Positions 61,446 through 64,000 of a stretch of DNA of 64,000 bases are shown here, piece after piece. Position 1 is the stretch's first letter. Each line of letters begins with the position of its first letter. Where the stretch lies: positions 1,152,001 to 1,216,000 of the forward strand of contig CAWGJT010000005.1 in assembly GCA_963822965.1 (NCBI GenBank), in the 5' to 3' direction. Under the pieces are notes generated by a model, which saw only the letters and a list, made by a program, of their open reading frames with translations, searched no databases and was not told the origin of the DNA. Origin of the DNA: an uncultured delta proteobacterium. Its GTDB lineage: Bacteria; Myxococcota_A; UBA9160; UBA4427. The translations under genes were made by a program, and so were the position numbers.

Positions 61446-61548
61446 GGGGCCTTCGCGACGCGCCTCACGACGCGGGCGAGGCGGCGGACGTCCTCCAGCG
61501 CATGTGCGTAGACCCACGGATTCCGTTCGTCGCTGCCGTAGCGGGTTC

Positions 61549-62972
61549 GTGAATCCGAACGAGCTGTCGCGCGTCTATCTCACGCAGGCGATCGTCGAGC
61601 GCGGCAGCCTCGACATCGACGAAGAGGTTCGCGGCGGCATCGGCGAGTTCAGCGACCTCGCCCGATATGACGGCCACTACTACTCCGACAAGGCGATCGG
61701 CATCTCGCTGCTCGGCGTACCCGTCTACGCGGCGGCTCGCGCGCTCGTCGGGCGCAGCCTCCCGACCGAGAGCGTGATCCTGTTGTGCCGGCTGGCCGTC
61801 GTCACGCTTCCGACGCTGCTGTGCTTCGGCCTGCTGCTCGAGCGCTCGCGGCCAGAGGAGTCGTTCGAGCGGCTGCTGCTGCTGGGGCTCTTCGCGGGCA
61901 CCTCGATCTTCCCGCTCGCGCTCAGCGTGATGGGTCACGTCCCCATGGCGATCCTGCTGGCCGTCACGTTCTGGCGCGTGATGTTGCAGCCGGCCGAGAC
62001 GAGGGCACCGCGATGGCACGCGCTGAACGGGCGCTGTGCGGCGCCGCGATCGCGATCGACTACACGTCGGGCCTCTTCGTCGCGCTGACGGCGCTCGTCT
62101 ACGTGTGGCGATACCGACTGTCGCCGCCCGTCGTCGAGTTCGGTCTGGGCGCGCTGGCGTTGCTCGCGCCGACGCTCGCATACAACGCCGTCTGCTTCGG
62201 CGGGCCGTTCGACCTCGCCTACCACCACATGGTCCAGGCCGAGCACCAGGTCCACCGCTCGACCGGCTTCTTCGGGATCGGCCTGCCGCGACTCGATGCG
62301 CTGTGGGGCCTGAGCTTCGGTCCCGCGCGCGGGCTCTTCGTCCACTCTCCGATGCTGCTCCTCGTCTTCCCGGCCGCCTGGCGGATCGCGGAACGCGGCT
62401 GGCAGGCACGCCACACGTTCGCGCTGCTCGTCGTGCTCGGTTACTTCGTCGTCAACGCGTCGCTGATCGACTGGCAGGGCGGTTGGACGCTCGGTCCGCG
62501 CTACCTGATCCCGGTGCTGCCGTTCGTCGCGTGGATCGTCTTCGAGGGCTATCAGCGCGAAGGAACGACCGGCCGCGCGCTGTACCGGACTTTCGCGGGT
62601 GCCGCGGTCACCTGGGCGCTGCTGCTGCACGGGCTCGCGCTCGCGACCTGGTCGATGCCGCCGTACTCGAACGGCTTGGTGTTCCCGGCGATGGAGCTCG
62701 GCTGGGCGCTGCTGCGCGAGGGCGTGTTGGCGCCGAATCGCGGAGCGCTGCTGGGTCTCGCCGGCGCCGGGTCGCTGCTGCCGCCGATCGTCGCGCTGGC
62801 GGTCGCACTGGCAGCGCTGGTGCGGGAGCGCGCCGCCGCGGTCGCGGCGATCGTCGCGCTGCTGCTGTTCGTCGGCACCGCGGGCCTGCTCGAGCGATCG
62901 CTCGGCGCCCAGGGCCGCCGCGACATCGCGTACTTCCCGCCGCTGATGGGCTACCGCCCGACGCCGCGCTGA
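61549..62972 (+). CDS. GT-C-like polytopic membrane protein, frameshift near 62030, 5' end uncertain
   Basis: NELSRVYLTQAIVERGSLDID...GHYYSDKA, then YNAVCFGGPF, RGLFVHSP and WQGGWTLGPRYLIP. Confidence 0.7.
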
Positions 62973-62974
62973 GC

Positions 62975-64000
62975 CTACCGGGGCGACTCGTTCCCCGCGG
63001 CACCGAAGAGTTTCGAGAGTGCCTGCCGGTACTCCGCCGGCGCGCCCCAGTTGTACTCGGCGTTCCACGAGAGCGTGGTCAGCAACGTGAGCGGGATCGA
63101 GGCGATCACCAGCGCGAGCCCGCCCACCCGCAACCAGCGCGAAGCGGGCCACCCGATCTGCGTCCGGTGCGCCAGAGCGAACAGGAAGAGGATGCACAGG
63201 CCCGGCAGGAACTCCGACGTGAAGCGGTGCGAAACCCAGTAGTACGACAGCGCGACCGCGAACTGGCTCGCGAAGAACGCGCCGATTGCGAGCTCGAAGA
63301 GCTTGCGCGCCGAGACGAGCCATACGAGACCGACCAGCGCGCCGGCGATCAGCCACGGCGACGTCGCCGTCAACGAGACGTTCCACTCGCGATAGCCCTC
63401 GACGCCCATCACCGTGTCGTGGCCCGCCTCGAAATGGACCCACGGCGGCTTCGCGTCGACCCGGCCGGAGGCGCCGAAGTAGCGCGACAGGTTGCTCGCG
63501 ACGCGGCGCGGGTTGAAGGTGCCGATCTCGAGGTGGCGCCGGTACAGGTCCGGCTGCTGGATGTAGATCAGCACCTTCGAGTAGTCGTGAAACGTGAACG
63601 GGCTGCCGAATCGCTCGAGGTTGTACCACGAGTAGTACAGGACGCATGCGAGCAGCGGACCGGTCAGACAGGCGACCGCGACACCCGAACGCAGCGTCGA
63701 CGTGAGAGAGGGGTGGAACAGCGACCGCAGCGCGGGAACCCGTGCCGAGATCCGGTCCCCGAGCGCGGCGCCCGCCAGCAAGAAGAGCGTGACGAGGATG
63801 TGGGGAACGCCGAACGGCACGCGCGCGAGGAGCGCCAGCCCGCCGAGCAGTGAGTACGACAGCAGGTGCCGCCTTCGCGAGCCGTTGGAATGGATCAGCG
63901 CCAGCAGGTGGACCTGCGCCCACAAGCTGCAGCAGAGAGCCCACAGGATCGCCTCGTGGTAGATGTACGCGCACGACACGAGGAAGACGACCGGCGTTCC
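62975..64000 (-). CDS. GT-C-like polytopic membrane protein (5' end outside the window)
   Basis: YIYHEAILW, LALLARVP, YNLERFGSPFTF and HRFTSEFLP motifs; many TM helices. Confidence 0.65.
   Translation of the reverse strand, partial: GTPVVFLVSCAYIYHEAILWALCCSLWAQVHLLALIHSNGSRRRHLLSYSLLGGLALLARVPFGVPHILVTLFLLAGAALGDRISARVPALRSLFHPSLTSTLRSGVAVACLTGPLLACVLYYSWYNLERFGSPFTFHDYSKVLIYIQQPDLYRRHLEIGTFNPRRVASNLSRYFGASGRVDAKPPWVHFEAGHDTVMGVEGYREWNVSLTATSPWLIAGALVGLVWLVSARKLFELAIGAFFASQFAVALSYYWVSHRFTSEFLPGLCILFLFALAHRTQIGWPASRWLRVGGLALVIASIPLTLLTTLSWNAEYNWGAPAEYRQALSKLFGAAGNESPR

Overview
High-GC bacterial chromosomal window, probably Myxococcota. That call is an inference from DUF4388 and DUF2378-like proteins and from Cys-rich secreted proteins with C-terminal sorting tags. 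It holds about 55 genes or gene fragments and one tRNA, an unusual tRNA-Arg with a GCG anticodon. Housekeeping, metabolic and transport genes (AmpG, VIT1, amidohydrolases, glycerol dehydrogenase, CPA1 antiporter, MltD, a MacAB-type ABC efflux operon, a small alarmone hydrolase) are interleaved with fast-turnover accessory patches. These patches contain winged-helix/TPR regulators, secreted surface proteins with at least three different C-terminal tags, and many gene remnants. Main unexplained structures: (1) a 6.9-kb integrase-free segment flanked by 76-bp direct repeats that duplicate the 3' end of a methyltransferase gene; (2) a Cache-domain-fused pentameric ligand-gated ion channel; (3) candidate lineage-specific sorting signals (CGLGFEL-TM-RRRR and PGPSGLACAGTVPCP); (4) 10-11-bp-periodic repeats beside each winged-helix gene; (5) a CTAG-bounded MITE and related ends; (6) a 5 x 23-bp tandem copy of a gene's last codons. 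About nine single-base frameshifts in otherwise intact genes suggest consensus errors rather than true pseudogenes. No CRISPR array, rRNA, integrase or transposase was seen. All family calls are from motif recognition by eye, with no database search.
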